Origin: an uncultured Actinomycetota bacterium
GTDB lineage: Bacteria; Actinomycetota; Actinomycetes; Propionibacteriales; Nocardioidaceae
DNA length: 64,000 nt
Assembly: GCA_963722835.1 (NCBI GenBank)
Contig: CAVROK010000001.1
Coordinates: 170,430 to 234,429 of the forward strand
Reading direction: 5' to 3'
Positions 10,998 through 20,839 of the stretch are shown here, piece after piece. Under the pieces are notes generated by a model, which ran no database searches, was not told where the DNA came from, and saw only the letters and a list, made by a program, of their open reading frames with translations. Within the stretch, counting starts at the first letter, position 1. Every line of letters begins with the position of its first letter. The translations under genes and the position numbers were made by a program.

Positions 10998-11861
10998 ATG
11001 AGCAGTGACTTCTCCGAGCAGACGGCCACCGAGGCCGTCGTCCAGAGCTTCGCCGCGACCCCGGACGCACGACTGCGCGAGGTGATGGAGTCCCTGACCC
11101 GGCACCTGCACGGGTTCGTCCGCGACGTGGAGCCCAGCCAGCGCGAGTGGGAGACGGCGATCGCGTTCCTGACCGACGTCGGGCACCTGTGCGACGACAG
11201 GCGGCAGGAGTTCATCCTGCTCTCCGACGTCATGGGCGTCTCGATGCTCGTCGACGCCATCAACAACCGGCTGCCGGTCGGGGCCACCGAGTCGACGGTC
11301 CTCGGGCCGTTCCACGTCGTGGAGTCACCACGGCGCGCCCTCGGGGACGACATCGCGACGGCTCACGACAGCCCGCGGTGCCTGGTGCGTGGACGCGTGC
11401 TGGGCCTCGACGGCACGCCCCTGCCCGGGGCCCTGCTCGACGTGTGGCAGGCCGACGACCGTGGGTTGTACGACGTGCAGAAGGCCGACGCCCCGGAGCA
11501 GGACCTGCGCGGGCTGTTCACGACCGACGCGGAGGGGCGGTTCTGGTTCCGCACGATCGTGCCCGCGCACTACCCGATCCCGGACGACGGCCCGGTCGGC
11601 GCCCTGCTCCGCGCGACCGGACGTCATCCCTACCGGCCGGCGCACATCCACCTCATCGCCGGCGCGGAGGGTCATCACCCGGTCACCACCCACGTGTTCG
11701 TCGAGGGCAGCCCCTACCTCGACGACGACACCGTCTTCGGCGTGAAGCAGAGCCTGGTCCGGCCGGTCACCGACGAGGAGGACCCGGCGGCCGCGACCGA
11801 GCTCGGGCTGCCGAACCCGTTCCGGGTGATCGACGTCGACGTCACCCTGGTGAAGGCCTAG
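10998..11861 (+). CDS. Intradiol ring-cleavage dioxygenase (hydroxyquinol/catechol 1,2-dioxygenase type)
   Basis: RQEFILLSD, ATESTVLGPF, DVWQAD, YPIPDDGPVG and RPAHIH (iron ligands). Confidence 0.92.
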   Translation: MSSDFSEQTATEAVVQSFAATPDARLREVMESLTRHLHGFVRDVEPSQREWETAIAFLTDVGHLCDDRRQEFILLSDVMGVSMLVDAINNRLPVGATESTVLGPFHVVESPRRALGDDIATAHDSPRCLVRGRVLGLDGTPLPGALLDVWQADDRGLYDVQKADAPEQDLRGLFTTDAEGRFWFRTIVPAHYPIPDDGPVGALLRATGRHPYRPAHIHLIAGAEGHHPVTTHVFVEGSPYLDDDTVFGVKQSLVRPVTDEEDPAAATELGLPNPFRVIDVDVTLVKA

Positions 11862-12235
11862 GCCAGCGCCTTCTGCTTCAGCGTCTCGAACTCCGCCTGG
11901 TTGATCGTGCCCGCGTCGAGCAGCGACTTGGCCTCGGCGACCTGTGCTGCTCCGGACGGCGGAGCGGCGACCGAGCGGATGTACTCGTTCTGCGCCTCCA
12001 CCTGCCGGCCGATCGCCTCGGCGTGACGCTCCCCCATGGCGGGACCACGGGCGATCAGGTAGATCACGGCCGAGAGGAACGGGACGAAGATGAGGCACAG
12101 CATCCAGGCGGCCTTGCCGAAGCCGGAGAGCTCCTTGTCCCGGAAGAGGTCCGCCACGATGTTGAACAGCAGCATCAGGTAGGCGATGAACGCATAGCTG
12201 ATCAGGATGAACCACAGGATGTCCCAGAAGCTCAT
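11858..12235 (-). CDS. PLDc_N + SHOCT small membrane protein
   Basis: DLFRDKELSGFGKAAW..PFL..IYLIARG followed by a C-terminal LLDAGTINQAEFETLKQKAL SHOCT motif. Confidence 0.88.
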   Translation of the reverse strand: MSFWDILWFILISYAFIAYLMLLFNIVADLFRDKELSGFGKAAWMLCLIFVPFLSAVIYLIARGPAMGERHAEAIGRQVEAQNEYIRSVAAPPSGAAQVAEAKSLLDAGTINQAEFETLKQKALA

Positions 12236-12290
12236 GTCGGTCCTCTCGAGGTGACCGCCGGCAGGGTGCCGGCGGTGTCAGGTGCCGACG

Positions 12291-12337
12291 ACGCTAGGAG
12301 CAGCGACCCGCGCGGGCCTCATCCGGCGTGAGGTATT
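12291..12337 (-). promoter_or_regulatory. Regulon site 1: dyad (weak distal half) plus -10 TAGCGT
   Basis: CCTCATCC at 12317-12324 reads GGATGAGG on the minus strand; 20 nt later comes TAGCGT (12296-12291). Confidence 0.7.
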
Positions 12338-13614
12338 CAGGTGACGGCACCGGCAGGCGGTGGGCCGACCGGCACGGGCTCCGGGGGCGTCGTACGCCGC
12401 CCGGCACCGACGAGGACCTGGAGCACGGCCAGCACCGCCAGCACGAGGACCAGGGACCACCACCAGCGTTCGGGCGAGACGTCGTTGCCCCACAGGAGGA
12501 CGACGACACCCAGGACGCCCACGACGACGCGCAGCCACCGGACGTTGGCCACGACCCAGCGACCCGCCGCGCCGACCTGCTCCCCCGGTAGTGCAGCGCC
12601 GATCTGCTCGAGGGCACCCGTCACGCCGTTGCGCACGGCGGTGCCGTACCTGTTGCTGCCGGCGTACCAGCCCGCGACGACGATCATCACGCCGAGCCAG
12701 AACACCACCGTCTGGCCGCGCTGGAGGTAGGCGAGCAGCGTCTCGTAGAAGGCCTTGCTCGCCGGGCCGAAGGGCGTGCCCGAGAGCTCGTTGCTGAACA
12801 GCTGTCTCCCCACCGACAGGGCGATGGCGAGCAACAGGGCGTTGGCCGCGATCACGGCCCCGACCGCCACCGTCATGCGTGCCTTGCGCCGGGCGAGGAC
12901 GAGGGACAGGAGGTAGAGGACGCCGACCACCGGGAGCGCCCACTGCGCCACGGGGTTGCCGAAGGCGTAGATCGTCCGCAGCTGCTTGAGCTGGGGCGCC
13001 TCCAGCAGCACGATCTGACGGTCGCTGTTCGGGATCGGCACGTTCTCGACGAAGGTGAGCCCGCGGTCCACCAGCCGCTGCTTGACCTGGTCGATGACCT
13101 CGGCGACGTCGAGGACGACGTCGTCACCCTGCAGCGAGACAGCGCCGGTCTCGTCGCCCTCCAGCAGACGATGGAGGGCCTGCTGTGCCCTGGTGTTCGC
13201 GCGCACCCAGATGTCCGCGAAGGCGTCGGAGGCGATGAACTCGCGGACCTGCCGTTCGATCAGCCCGTTGATCGCCGCGGACAACGGCCCCACCAGCTGC
13301 TGGAGACGCGGGCGGTCGGTGATGACGCCCGCGAACACGTTGTTGAGGATCGTCTCGACGTCGACCTGCCCCTGGATCGCGTCGGTCACCGTCGTGGCGA
13401 TCACGTCCTGCACCTCGGGCGAGTTCACCAGCGGCTGCACCGTGTCGACGTACCGCTGGGTGTCGTTCAGCGTGCGTTGACCCCAGTAGGCGACTGCTGC
13501 AGGTGTGGTGAGCAGCCCCGCCAGCACCAGACAGAGCACGGCCCCGACCGCGCGGCCCCGGGAGGGTCGCACGGGCGGTGGGTCCTCATGGATCTCGCGG
13601 GTGTCCTCGTCCAT
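12337..13614 (-). CDS. Hypothetical integral membrane protein
   Basis: N-terminal TM helix, a helical extracytoplasmic region (LNDTQRYVDTVQPL, FADIWVRAN..A) and about five C-terminal TM helices. Confidence 0.8.
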   Translation of the reverse strand: MDEDTREIHEDPPPVRPSRGRAVGAVLCLVLAGLLTTPAAVAYWGQRTLNDTQRYVDTVQPLVNSPEVQDVIATTVTDAIQGQVDVETILNNVFAGVITDRPRLQQLVGPLSAAINGLIERQVREFIASDAFADIWVRANTRAQQALHRLLEGDETGAVSLQGDDVVLDVAEVIDQVKQRLVDRGLTFVENVPIPNSDRQIVLLEAPQLKQLRTIYAFGNPVAQWALPVVGVLYLLSLVLARRKARMTVAVGAVIAANALLLAIALSVGRQLFSNELSGTPFGPASKAFYETLLAYLQRGQTVVFWLGVMIVVAGWYAGSNRYGTAVRNGVTGALEQIGAALPGEQVGAAGRWVVANVRWLRVVVGVLGVVVLLWGNDVSPERWWWSLVLVLAVLAVLQVLVGAGRRTTPPEPVPVGPPPAGAVT

Positions 13615-13621
13615 GACCACG

Positions 13622-13668
13622 ATCCTTCGGCCGGGGTGGTGCATCCACATCACGCGAAATGGATGAGT
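13622..13668 (-). promoter_or_regulatory. Regulon site 2: dyad plus -10 AAGGAT (leaderless)
   Basis: CATCACGC-GAAAT-GGATGAGT at 13648-13668; 20 nt to AAGGAT (13627-13622); ATG 7 nt later. Confidence 0.7.
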
Positions 13669-13677
13669 CCCCGCTGG

Positions 13678-16044
13678 TCACTGTCGGGACAGGGCGACCC
13701 GCATGCGCTCGTCAGGGTCGATGAAGTGGTCGTTGTCGTCGTCGCCGACGTCGAGCTGGACCCAGTGCAGCTTGCCGGTGAACCGACTGTCGTGCGCGGT
13801 GTAGTCGGGGGTGACGGTGGTGCCCGACTCGTATCCGATGTCGGTGGTCTCGTCCGCCGAGAAGATCATCGGCTGGGTCGCGCCCACGCGTCCGGAGCCC
13901 ACCTGGTCGCCGTCGTGGTAGAGCGTCACGTCACCACCCTTGGCGAGCCCCTCCCCGTCGTACGCGAACTCCATCCGCACCTGGTGATGGCCTGCCGGGA
14001 CCGAGACGTCGGCCTCGGTGGTGAACGCCTGGATCCCCAGCACGTTGTAGGTGAACCGGAGCCTGCCGTCCTTCACGTAGAACGACCAGCCGCCGAACCG
14101 CCCGCCCTGGGCGATCAGCACACCGTTGACGCCTCCCTCCGGGACGTCGACGTCGGCCGTCAACGAGAACGACTTGTTCTTCATGCTCACGACACTGTTC
14201 TCCGAGAGGCGACCCATGCCGGTGAAGAACAGCTGCGAGCTGCCCCGGATCAGCGTCGGCCGTCCGGCGACGTCGGGGTTGACCCGCTCAGCGCTCCGGT
14301 CGTCCAGCGGGAGCACGTTGTACCTCGCGGCCTCGATCAGCCACAGGCGTTGGAGCTTGGCCAGCATCTCCGGGTGCTCGGAGGCCAGGTTGTTGGCCTG
14401 GCTGAAGTCGGCGCTGCCGTCGTAGAGCTCCCAGACGTCGTCGTCGAACGCGGGCATGTCGCCGCCGACCAAGATCCACGGCGTCTTGTGCTTGGTGACC
14501 GCGCTCCAGCCCCGGTGGTAGATCCCCCGGTTGCCGAACATCTCGAAGTACTGGAGGTCGTGATGTTCCGCCGCAGTCTCCTCGTTGAAGGAGTACGCCA
14601 TGCTCGTGCCCTCGATCGGCGCCTGCAGCACCCCGTTCACCATCGTCGGCTGGGGCAGCCCGGCCGCCTCGAGGATCGTCGGTGCCACGTCGATGACGTG
14701 GGTGAACTGGGAGCGCAGGCCCCCAGGCTCCTGGATCCCGGTCGGCCAGTGCACGATCGTGCCGTTGCGCGTGCCACCCCAGTGCGAGGCCACCTGCTTC
14801 GTCCACTGGAGCGGGGCGTTCATCGCCCACGCCCACCCGACGGAGTAGTGGTTGTAGGAGCTCGGCGAGCCGAACTCGTCCATCTTGCTGAGCATGAACT
14901 CCGGCGTCTCGAGCGCGGCCATGCCGTTGAAGTTGGCCATCTCGTTGAAGGCGCCGTTCACCGTGCCCTCGGCGGAGGCCCCGTTGTCGCCGATGATGTA
15001 GTAGACGATCGTGTCCTCGAGGACGTCGAGGTCCTCCAGCGCGTCGATCAGGCGCCCGACGTGGTGGTCGGTGTGCTCGAGGAACCCGGCGTACACCTCC
15101 ATCTGCCGTGCCAGCACCGGCTTGAGCTCGTCGGGCATGTCGTCCCAGGCCGGGATCTCGTCGTGGCGCGCGGACAGCTCGGTGTTCTCCGGGATCACGC
15201 CGAGCTCCTTCTGGCGCGCGAAGGTCCGTTCCCGCTGGACGTCCCAGCCGTCGTCGAACTCGCCGCGGTACTTCTCGATCCACTCCGGGGGGACGTGGTG
15301 CGGCGCGTGCGTGGCACCGGGCGCGAAGTACACGAAGAACGGCTTGTCCGGCATCAGCGCCTTCTGCTGGCGCATCCAGCTGACCGCGTGGTCGGTGAGG
15401 TCCTCGGTGAGGTGGTAGCCCTCCTCGGCCGTCGCCGGCGGCTCGATCGGTGTGGTGCCCTCGTAGAGCGCGGGATCCCACTGGTTGTTCTCGCCGCCGA
15501 TGAACCCGTAGAACGTCTCGAAGCCGCCACCGCCGGACGGCCAGGCGTCGAACGGGCCCATCGGCGAGGTCTGCCAGACCGGCACCTCGTGGCACTTGCC
15601 GAACTGCGCCGTGGAGTAGCCGTTCAGCTTCAGGGTCACGGCCAGGGGGGCCTTGGTGTTCGGCAGCACCGAGCTCTGCCCCGGAGCCGAGGTCGCGGTC
15701 TCGGTGATGCTGCCCATCCCGACGGAGTGGTGGTTCCGCCCGGTGAGCAGCGCCTGTCGGGTCGGGGCGCACAGGGCGGTGGTGTGGAACCGGTTGTAGC
15801 GCAGCCCGCCGGCGGACAGGCGGTCGGCCGTGGGGGTGCGGACGGGACCGCCGAACGCGCTCGACGCTCCGAAGCCCACGTCGTCGAGCAGGATGACCAG
15901 CACGTTGGGAGCGCCGTCCGGCGGGCGCAGCGGCTCGATCGGGGGGAACGACGTGTCCGGGTCCTTGGCGTCGTACGTCGTCAGGCCGGACACGGGCCGG
16001 TCGGGGATCGGCAGCATCCCGCGTGCATGGCGGTCATGGCTCAT
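13678..16044 (-). CDS. Arylsulfatase, large AtsA/AtsD-like type with a C-terminal LamG-like extension
   Basis: PNVLVILLDDVG, the Cys-type sulfatase signature LCAPTRQALLTG, GKCH and GDNG; no signal peptide. Confidence 0.93.
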   Translation of the reverse strand: MSHDRHARGMLPIPDRPVSGLTTYDAKDPDTSFPPIEPLRPPDGAPNVLVILLDDVGFGASSAFGGPVRTPTADRLSAGGLRYNRFHTTALCAPTRQALLTGRNHHSVGMGSITETATSAPGQSSVLPNTKAPLAVTLKLNGYSTAQFGKCHEVPVWQTSPMGPFDAWPSGGGGFETFYGFIGGENNQWDPALYEGTTPIEPPATAEEGYHLTEDLTDHAVSWMRQQKALMPDKPFFVYFAPGATHAPHHVPPEWIEKYRGEFDDGWDVQRERTFARQKELGVIPENTELSARHDEIPAWDDMPDELKPVLARQMEVYAGFLEHTDHHVGRLIDALEDLDVLEDTIVYYIIGDNGASAEGTVNGAFNEMANFNGMAALETPEFMLSKMDEFGSPSSYNHYSVGWAWAMNAPLQWTKQVASHWGGTRNGTIVHWPTGIQEPGGLRSQFTHVIDVAPTILEAAGLPQPTMVNGVLQAPIEGTSMAYSFNEETAAEHHDLQYFEMFGNRGIYHRGWSAVTKHKTPWILVGGDMPAFDDDVWELYDGSADFSQANNLASEHPEMLAKLQRLWLIEAARYNVLPLDDRSAERVNPDVAGRPTLIRGSSQLFFTGMGRLSENSVVSMKNKSFSLTADVDVPEGGVNGVLIAQGGRFGGWSFYVKDGRLRFTYNVLGIQAFTTEADVSVPAGHHQVRMEFAYDGEGLAKGGDVTLYHDGDQVGSGRVGATQPMIFSADETTDIGYESGTTVTPDYTAHDSRFTGKLHWVQLDVGDDDNDHFIDPDERMRVALSRQ

Positions 16045-16085
16045 CAGACACCTCCGTGTGGACACCACTTGGTCCGGGAGATGCG

Positions 16086-16133
16086 AACGTACGGCGGCAG
16101 CACAGGTGCGGGCATCGTCCGGTTCGGACGAGA
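16086..16133 (-). promoter_or_regulatory. Regulon site 3: dyad plus -10 TACGTT
   Basis: CATCGTCC-GGTTC-GGACGAGA at 16113-16133; 21 nt to TACGTT (16091-16086). Confidence 0.75.
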
Positions 16134-16145
16134 TGAGTCGTGCGC

Positions 16146-17420
16146 TCAGTCGCGGTGCACGATCTGCGCGCGCGTACGCCGCTCCGGCACCGGCGCGCTC
16201 TCCGGCAGCGAGGCGCGATCAGCCGTGGCGTCGTACCAGTCGGCGTACCTGGTCGCGCCGGGCCAGGCAGTCAGCCCGTGGGCGTAGACCGAGAGCGCGA
16301 CGGTCAGCGTCACGATCACGAGCAGCTGCGAGCGCTCCGCGAGCTGGGTCTCCTCCAGCAGCAGGAGCCCGAACACGATCGACGCCAGGCCACGCGGCCC
16401 GAACCAGCCCAGGAACAGGACCGTCAGCCGGCGCATGCCGAGGCCCCAGGTGGCGAGGGCGACCGGGAGCATCCGCACGACGGTCAGGCTCAGCACGGCG
16501 TACAGGACCACCCGCCAGTCCAGCTCGCCGAGCGCCGGGCCGAGGAGCACACCTCCGAAGAAGAGGAACGTCGTCGCGTTCAGCAGCTCCCCCGACTGCT
16601 CGGCCAGGATCGTGGACGGCTCGGCCCGGACGGCGGCGACCGCTGCGAACAGGAGGCCGGCCACGAACGCGGCGATGAACCCGCTCCCGCCCAGCGCCAC
16701 AGCCGTCGTGTAGGCGAGCAGCGGGGTGGCCACGCCGGTGACCTGCTGCCAGGTGCGCGACATCCAGCCCCGACCGGCGAACACGCGCAGCACCCACGCG
16801 CCGAGGACGCCCGCGACGACGCCACCGACGGCGCCGTAGCCGATCTCCTCGAAGATCACACGCAACGGCTCGAGGTGTTCGGCGCCCTCGTCGGCCTCCG
16901 CGAGGGTCAGGAAGATGATCAGCAGCGGGACGCAGACTCCGTCGTTGAGACCGCTCTCGACGTTCAGCCCTTGCCGGATCCGCGACGGGAGCCGCGCGTT
17001 GCTGACCACGGGCTGCCCCAGCGCCGCGTCGGTGGGCGCCAGGATCGTCGCCAGCGCCGCGGCCAGCCAGAGGTTCAGGTCGGGGAAGAGCAAGGCCCCG
17101 ACGACCGTGCCGATCAGGATGGTCAGGGGCAGGCCGATGCCGAGCAGCCGTAGCGGCACCGCTGCCTCCCGGCGGAGCCGGCCCACGTCCACGCGCACCG
17201 CGTCGGTGAAGAGGACGAGGGCGAGCGTGGCCTCGGCCAGGAGCAGCACCACGTGGTTGGCGACCTCGAGGTCGACCACGTGCAGCACGCGGTTGCCGAC
17301 CAGCAGTCCGAGGGTGACGAACACCATCGCCTGCGTGATCGGCGTGGTCTGCACCCGCGACGAGACAGCGGCGTACGCCATCAGCAGGAGGGCCAGCGAG
17401 GGAAGCGCCCACTCACCCAT
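16146..17420 (-). CDS. Cation:proton antiporter (CPA1/NhaP type)
   Basis: About 12 TM helices with LAPTDAAL, LNVESGLNDG and GWFGPRGLAS motifs. Confidence 0.92.
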   Translation of the reverse strand: MGEWALPSLALLLMAYAAVSSRVQTTPITQAMVFVTLGLLVGNRVLHVVDLEVANHVVLLLAEATLALVLFTDAVRVDVGRLRREAAVPLRLLGIGLPLTILIGTVVGALLFPDLNLWLAAALATILAPTDAALGQPVVSNARLPSRIRQGLNVESGLNDGVCVPLLIIFLTLAEADEGAEHLEPLRVIFEEIGYGAVGGVVAGVLGAWVLRVFAGRGWMSRTWQQVTGVATPLLAYTTAVALGGSGFIAAFVAGLLFAAVAAVRAEPSTILAEQSGELLNATTFLFFGGVLLGPALGELDWRVVLYAVLSLTVVRMLPVALATWGLGMRRLTVLFLGWFGPRGLASIVFGLLLLEETQLAERSQLLVIVTLTVALSVYAHGLTAWPGATRYADWYDATADRASLPESAPVPERRTRAQIVHRD

Positions 17421-17442
17421 GCTTCCTCCGCGGTCCGTCGAG

Positions 17443-19285
17443 TCAGGTCGTGATCAGTCCGAGGGCCCGGGCACGTCGTACGGCCTCGTTCCTGCGGGAC
17501 ACCGCGAGCTTCCGCAGGATACTGCGCACGTGCGTGCGGACGGTGTTCACGGAGACGAACATCGTGCCGGCGATCTCATCGGTGCTGAGCAGCTCCGAGA
17601 GGAGACCGAGCACCTCGAGCTCCTTGGGCGTGAGGGGCGCGATCACCTGTCCGGGAGGCGGCGCGTCGTCGGGCCTGCCCACAGGCACGCTCCGCTGGAG
17701 GGGTACGACGCTTCGCCGCTCCTTCACCGGCGAGCCGACCCAGGCGCCGTGCTCGACCACGGCCACGAGCTCGAGGTGCGTCGCCGGGCTGACCGTGCCG
17801 TGGGCGCGCAGGTCCACGAGGGCGCGCTCGGCGAGGTCTGCCGCATCCGGCTCGCCATCGAGCCTGGCACGGACGGCGTCGATCAGCGGCTGCCGCGAGC
17901 GGCGACGGAGCGGCCGTGGGTCGAGTGCGGGTCCAGCGAGACCACTCGTGCCCGCGCCAGCTCCTCGGCACACGTCTCGGTGTCGCGCCGCCCTGCGGCC
18001 AGGGCAGCGCGCACCAGTGCGGAGTCAGGGTCGCCGACGTCGCTCGGGAGCTTCCTGCAGCACCCGGCCGACCGCGTCTGCTTCGTCGCCCAGCAGCAGG
18101 CTCGCGATGGCGACCTCGTCCACGACCAGGCGAGCCGCCTGGGACCAGGCGCCGACCTCGGCGGCCAGCTCGACCGCGCTCGCGAGCAAGCCCTCCTGCG
18201 CGTGCCACCGCGCCGCCTTCAGGTGGAGGCGCACGCGCTGGGTCGGTGACTGTGCGGCGAGCTCGGCGCGCAACAGGTCCCGCAGCAACGGGTGGTAGCG
18301 GTAGCAGCCCGCCTGGTCGGGGACGGCCTCGACCAGGACGTTCGCCCGCGCCAGCGCGTCGAGGCTGCGGGCCGCAGACGGTCCCGCGAGCTCCTCGATC
18401 AGCCCGGGCCTGAGCAGGTCGACGACGCTCGTGTGCATCAGGAGCGTGCGCACGTCCTCGGGCTGGGTCTGGAGGACCTCCGCCATCAGGTACTCGGCGA
18501 TGTTGCCCCGGTCGCCGGCCAGCTGGTGCACGGCGACCTCGGGGTCCTCACGCTGGACGAGCACCATCGTCGCGAAGCGGAGGCCCGCCGCCCAGCCACG
18601 GGTGCGTCCGGTCAGGGCCGTCACGGCGTCGGCGTCGAGGGCCAGCCCGCAGAGCTCCAGCAGCCGGCGGGTCTCGTCCTCGGTGAACGCGAGGTCCCCG
18701 AGCCGGAGCTCGACCATCGATCCTTCGAGGCGGTAGCGGTGGAGCGGGAGCACCGGGTCCGCCCGGGTGAGCACCACGACGTGCAGGAGCTGCCCGCTGT
18801 GCCGCAGGACGAAGTCGAGGTCGGCGGCGAGCTCGGCCGAGAACAGCTCACCCCCGTCGAGCACCAGGGTGAGCGGCTCGCGTCATCCGGGAGAACGCCA
18901 CCGCGAGCTCGCTGACCAGGTCGGGGTGCTCCGGCGAGCGGTCGTCGGACCAGGCCTCCGCGTCCACGACGACGTGGTCTGCCACGCAGCGGAGGACGTC
19001 GGCCCAGAAGCGTGCCGGCTGCACGTCGCGGTCCTCGAAGGTGACCCACACCGTGTCGTGGACCGACGCGCGCCTGGCCACCCAGGAGGCCACCAGGGTG
19101 GTCTTGCCACTCCCGGCCGGGGCGCTCACCAACGTCAGGGGCACGTCCGCCGCGCGGTCCAGGAGCTCCATCAGGCGGGAGCGCTCCACGAGGTGCTTCG
19201 CCACGGGGGGTACGGCGTACCTCGCGGCAAGGAGCGGATCGACAGCACGTGCCCCTGACGTGGCGTCGGGAAGCATCAAGGTCAT
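17443..19285 (-). CDS. MalT-like STAND ATPase/LuxR regulator 1 (short, frameshifted near 18875 and 17900-18040)
   Basis: Walker A SAPAGSGKTT; TRADPVLPLHRYR, TRGWAAGL, YRYHPLLRDLL; C-terminal LTPKELEVL..FVSVNTVRTHVRSILRKL LuxR HTH. Confidence 0.85.
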
Positions 19286-19291
19286 ACCCAC

Positions 19292-19338
19292 ACCGTCGAC
19301 CGCTGGGCTCGGGGCGGCATCACCCGCGATGGGTACCT
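19292..19338 (-). promoter_or_regulatory. Regulon site 4: dyad plus -10 GACGGT (leaderless, upstream of regulator 1)
   Basis: CATCACCC-GCGAT-GGGTACCT at 19318-19338; 20 nt to GACGGT (19297-19292); ATG 6 nt later. Confidence 0.7.
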
Positions 19339-20597
19339 CGGGCGCGCACGGTGGCGACCAGGCCGGCGGCGCTCAGCAGCACGAGGTAGACAGGGATGCC
19401 GATCGCCCATCCCCGCTGGGCGAGCACACTGCCCACCAGCGGGGCAGTCCCACCCAGCAGGGCGCTGCCACAGCCGTAGGTGAGCGCGATCCCGGTCGCG
19501 CGGGCACCGACGGGGAACCGCTCGGCCAGATGGGCGCTGACCACGAGCGTGCCCAGCATCGTCCCGACGACGAGGTCGGCCAGCAGCAGCGCCGCCCAGG
19601 AGCCGTTCGTCGCCGCGACGTACAGCGGCACGAACAGCAGGCAGGGAGTGAGGGTTCCCGCGATCAGCAGCGGCCGCCGTCCGACCCGGTCGGAGAGACG
19701 GCCCCACAACGGAGCCGAGACAGCGGCTGCCGCGAGCCCTGCGGCCGCGCAGCCGAGCGCCACCGACAGGCGGTGCTCCTGCTCCGTGGCCAGGTGCGCG
19801 GGCAGGAAGACGAACCACATGTTGAACGTCCCGGCCAGTACGCCCACGAGGAAGAAGCCAGTGCGCACCGACGACCCGTGGTCACGCCACACCTCCTGCA
19901 GGGTGGGCGGTCGTCGGGTCACCTGCTCGGTGAAGGCCGGAGTCTCGTCGAGCCGCAGCCGCAGGTACAGGCCCGTGACCCCGAGCGGCAGGGCGAGCAG
20001 GAACGGGACCCGCCACCCCCACTGCGCCATGGCCTCGTCGGTCAGGAGCGCGGCGAGCAGTCCCGCGACCGCGATCCCCGACGCGATGCCGGTCGCCACG
20101 GTGGCCGTGTGCCACCCGCCGTAGAGGCCCCAGCGGCGGTGCGGAACCGACTCGAGCAGGTACGGGATCGAGGTGCTGATCTCGCCACCGGAGGAGAAAC
20201 CCTGGACCAGCCGGAGCACGACCAGTCCCACTGCGGCCGCCACGCCCGCGGTGTCCCAGGTCGGCAGCAGCCCGATGGCCGCCGTCGCGCAGCTCATCAG
20301 CAGCACCATCGCCGCGAGCGGACGATGTCGCCCCCACCGGTCGGCCTGCCTCCCGACGAGCAGGGCCCCCACCGGACGGGCGATGAACGAGGTCGCGGAG
20401 ACGGCGAACACGGTGACCAGCCGGCTCTCGGCCGGGCCGGGCGGCAGCAGCGCCACGACGGTGACCGACGCCAGGGCGCCGTACACCGCGAAGTCGTACC
20501 ACTCGATCCCGTTGGCCACGCACACCGCGACGAGCCCGCGCCGGCGGGCCCTCGGGGTGACGGACGTCCGCGCCGCCAACCGCGCCGGCAGGGTCAC
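19320..20597 (-). CDS. MFS transporter, metabolite:H+ symporter (ProP-like)
   Basis: NGIEWYDFAVY, RLVQGFSSGGE and WGWRVPF motifs. The GTG start overlaps the TGA of the upstream microprotein (GTGA). Confidence 0.9.
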   Translation of the reverse strand: MTLPARLAARTSVTPRARRRGLVAVCVANGIEWYDFAVYGALASVTVVALLPPGPAESRLVTVFAVSATSFIARPVGALLVGRQADRWGRHRPLAAMVLLMSCATAAIGLLPTWDTAGVAAAVGLVVLRLVQGFSSGGEISTSIPYLLESVPHRRWGLYGGWHTATVATGIASGIAVAGLLAALLTDEAMAQWGWRVPFLLALPLGVTGLYLRLRLDETPAFTEQVTRRPPTLQEVWRDHGSSVRTGFFLVGVLAGTFNMWFVFLPAHLATEQEHRLSVALGCAAAGLAAAAVSAPLWGRLSDRVGRRPLLIAGTLTPCLLFVPLYVAATNGSWAALLLADLVVGTMLGTLVVSAHLAERFPVGARATGIALTYGCGSALLGGTAPLVGSVLAQRGWAIGIPVYLVLLSAAGLVATVRARGTHRG

Positions 20598-20839
20598 CGG
20601 CTCCCGGAATCGTCGGAGCACGGATCCAGCTGGCCCGGATGACTGATCCGATCCACCTCGATCCCCCTCCGTTCCAGGCACGCCAATGCGTCCAGCAGGT
20701 CGGTCAGCTCGCCCGACGCGACCAGGACGACATCGTGTCGCGGCACCACGGCGACGTCCAGTGTGCCGACGGCGTCCCGCGTGCTCCTGCCGACGCGCCC
20801 CTTGACCGTGATCTCCACGGCGAACGCCCCGTCCGGCAT
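20594..20839 (-). CDS. Small ACT-like hypothetical protein, divergent copy (pair 1, second gene)
   Basis: VEITVKGRVG...LTDLLDALACLERRGIEVDRI has the same pattern as its neighbour; TGATG overlap with the upstream gene. Confidence 0.65.
   Translation of the reverse strand: MPDGAFAVEITVKGRVGRSTRDAVGTLDVAVVPRHDVVLVASGELTDLLDALACLERRGIEVDRISHPGQLDPCSDDSGSR

Noticed and set aside
8236-16287. Very long ORFs such as 8236-11001 (+) and 13171-16287 (+), and likewise 45749-48763 (-)
   Set aside because: They are antisense shadows of real genes, caused by stop-codon scarcity at high GC, and contain no recognisable motifs.
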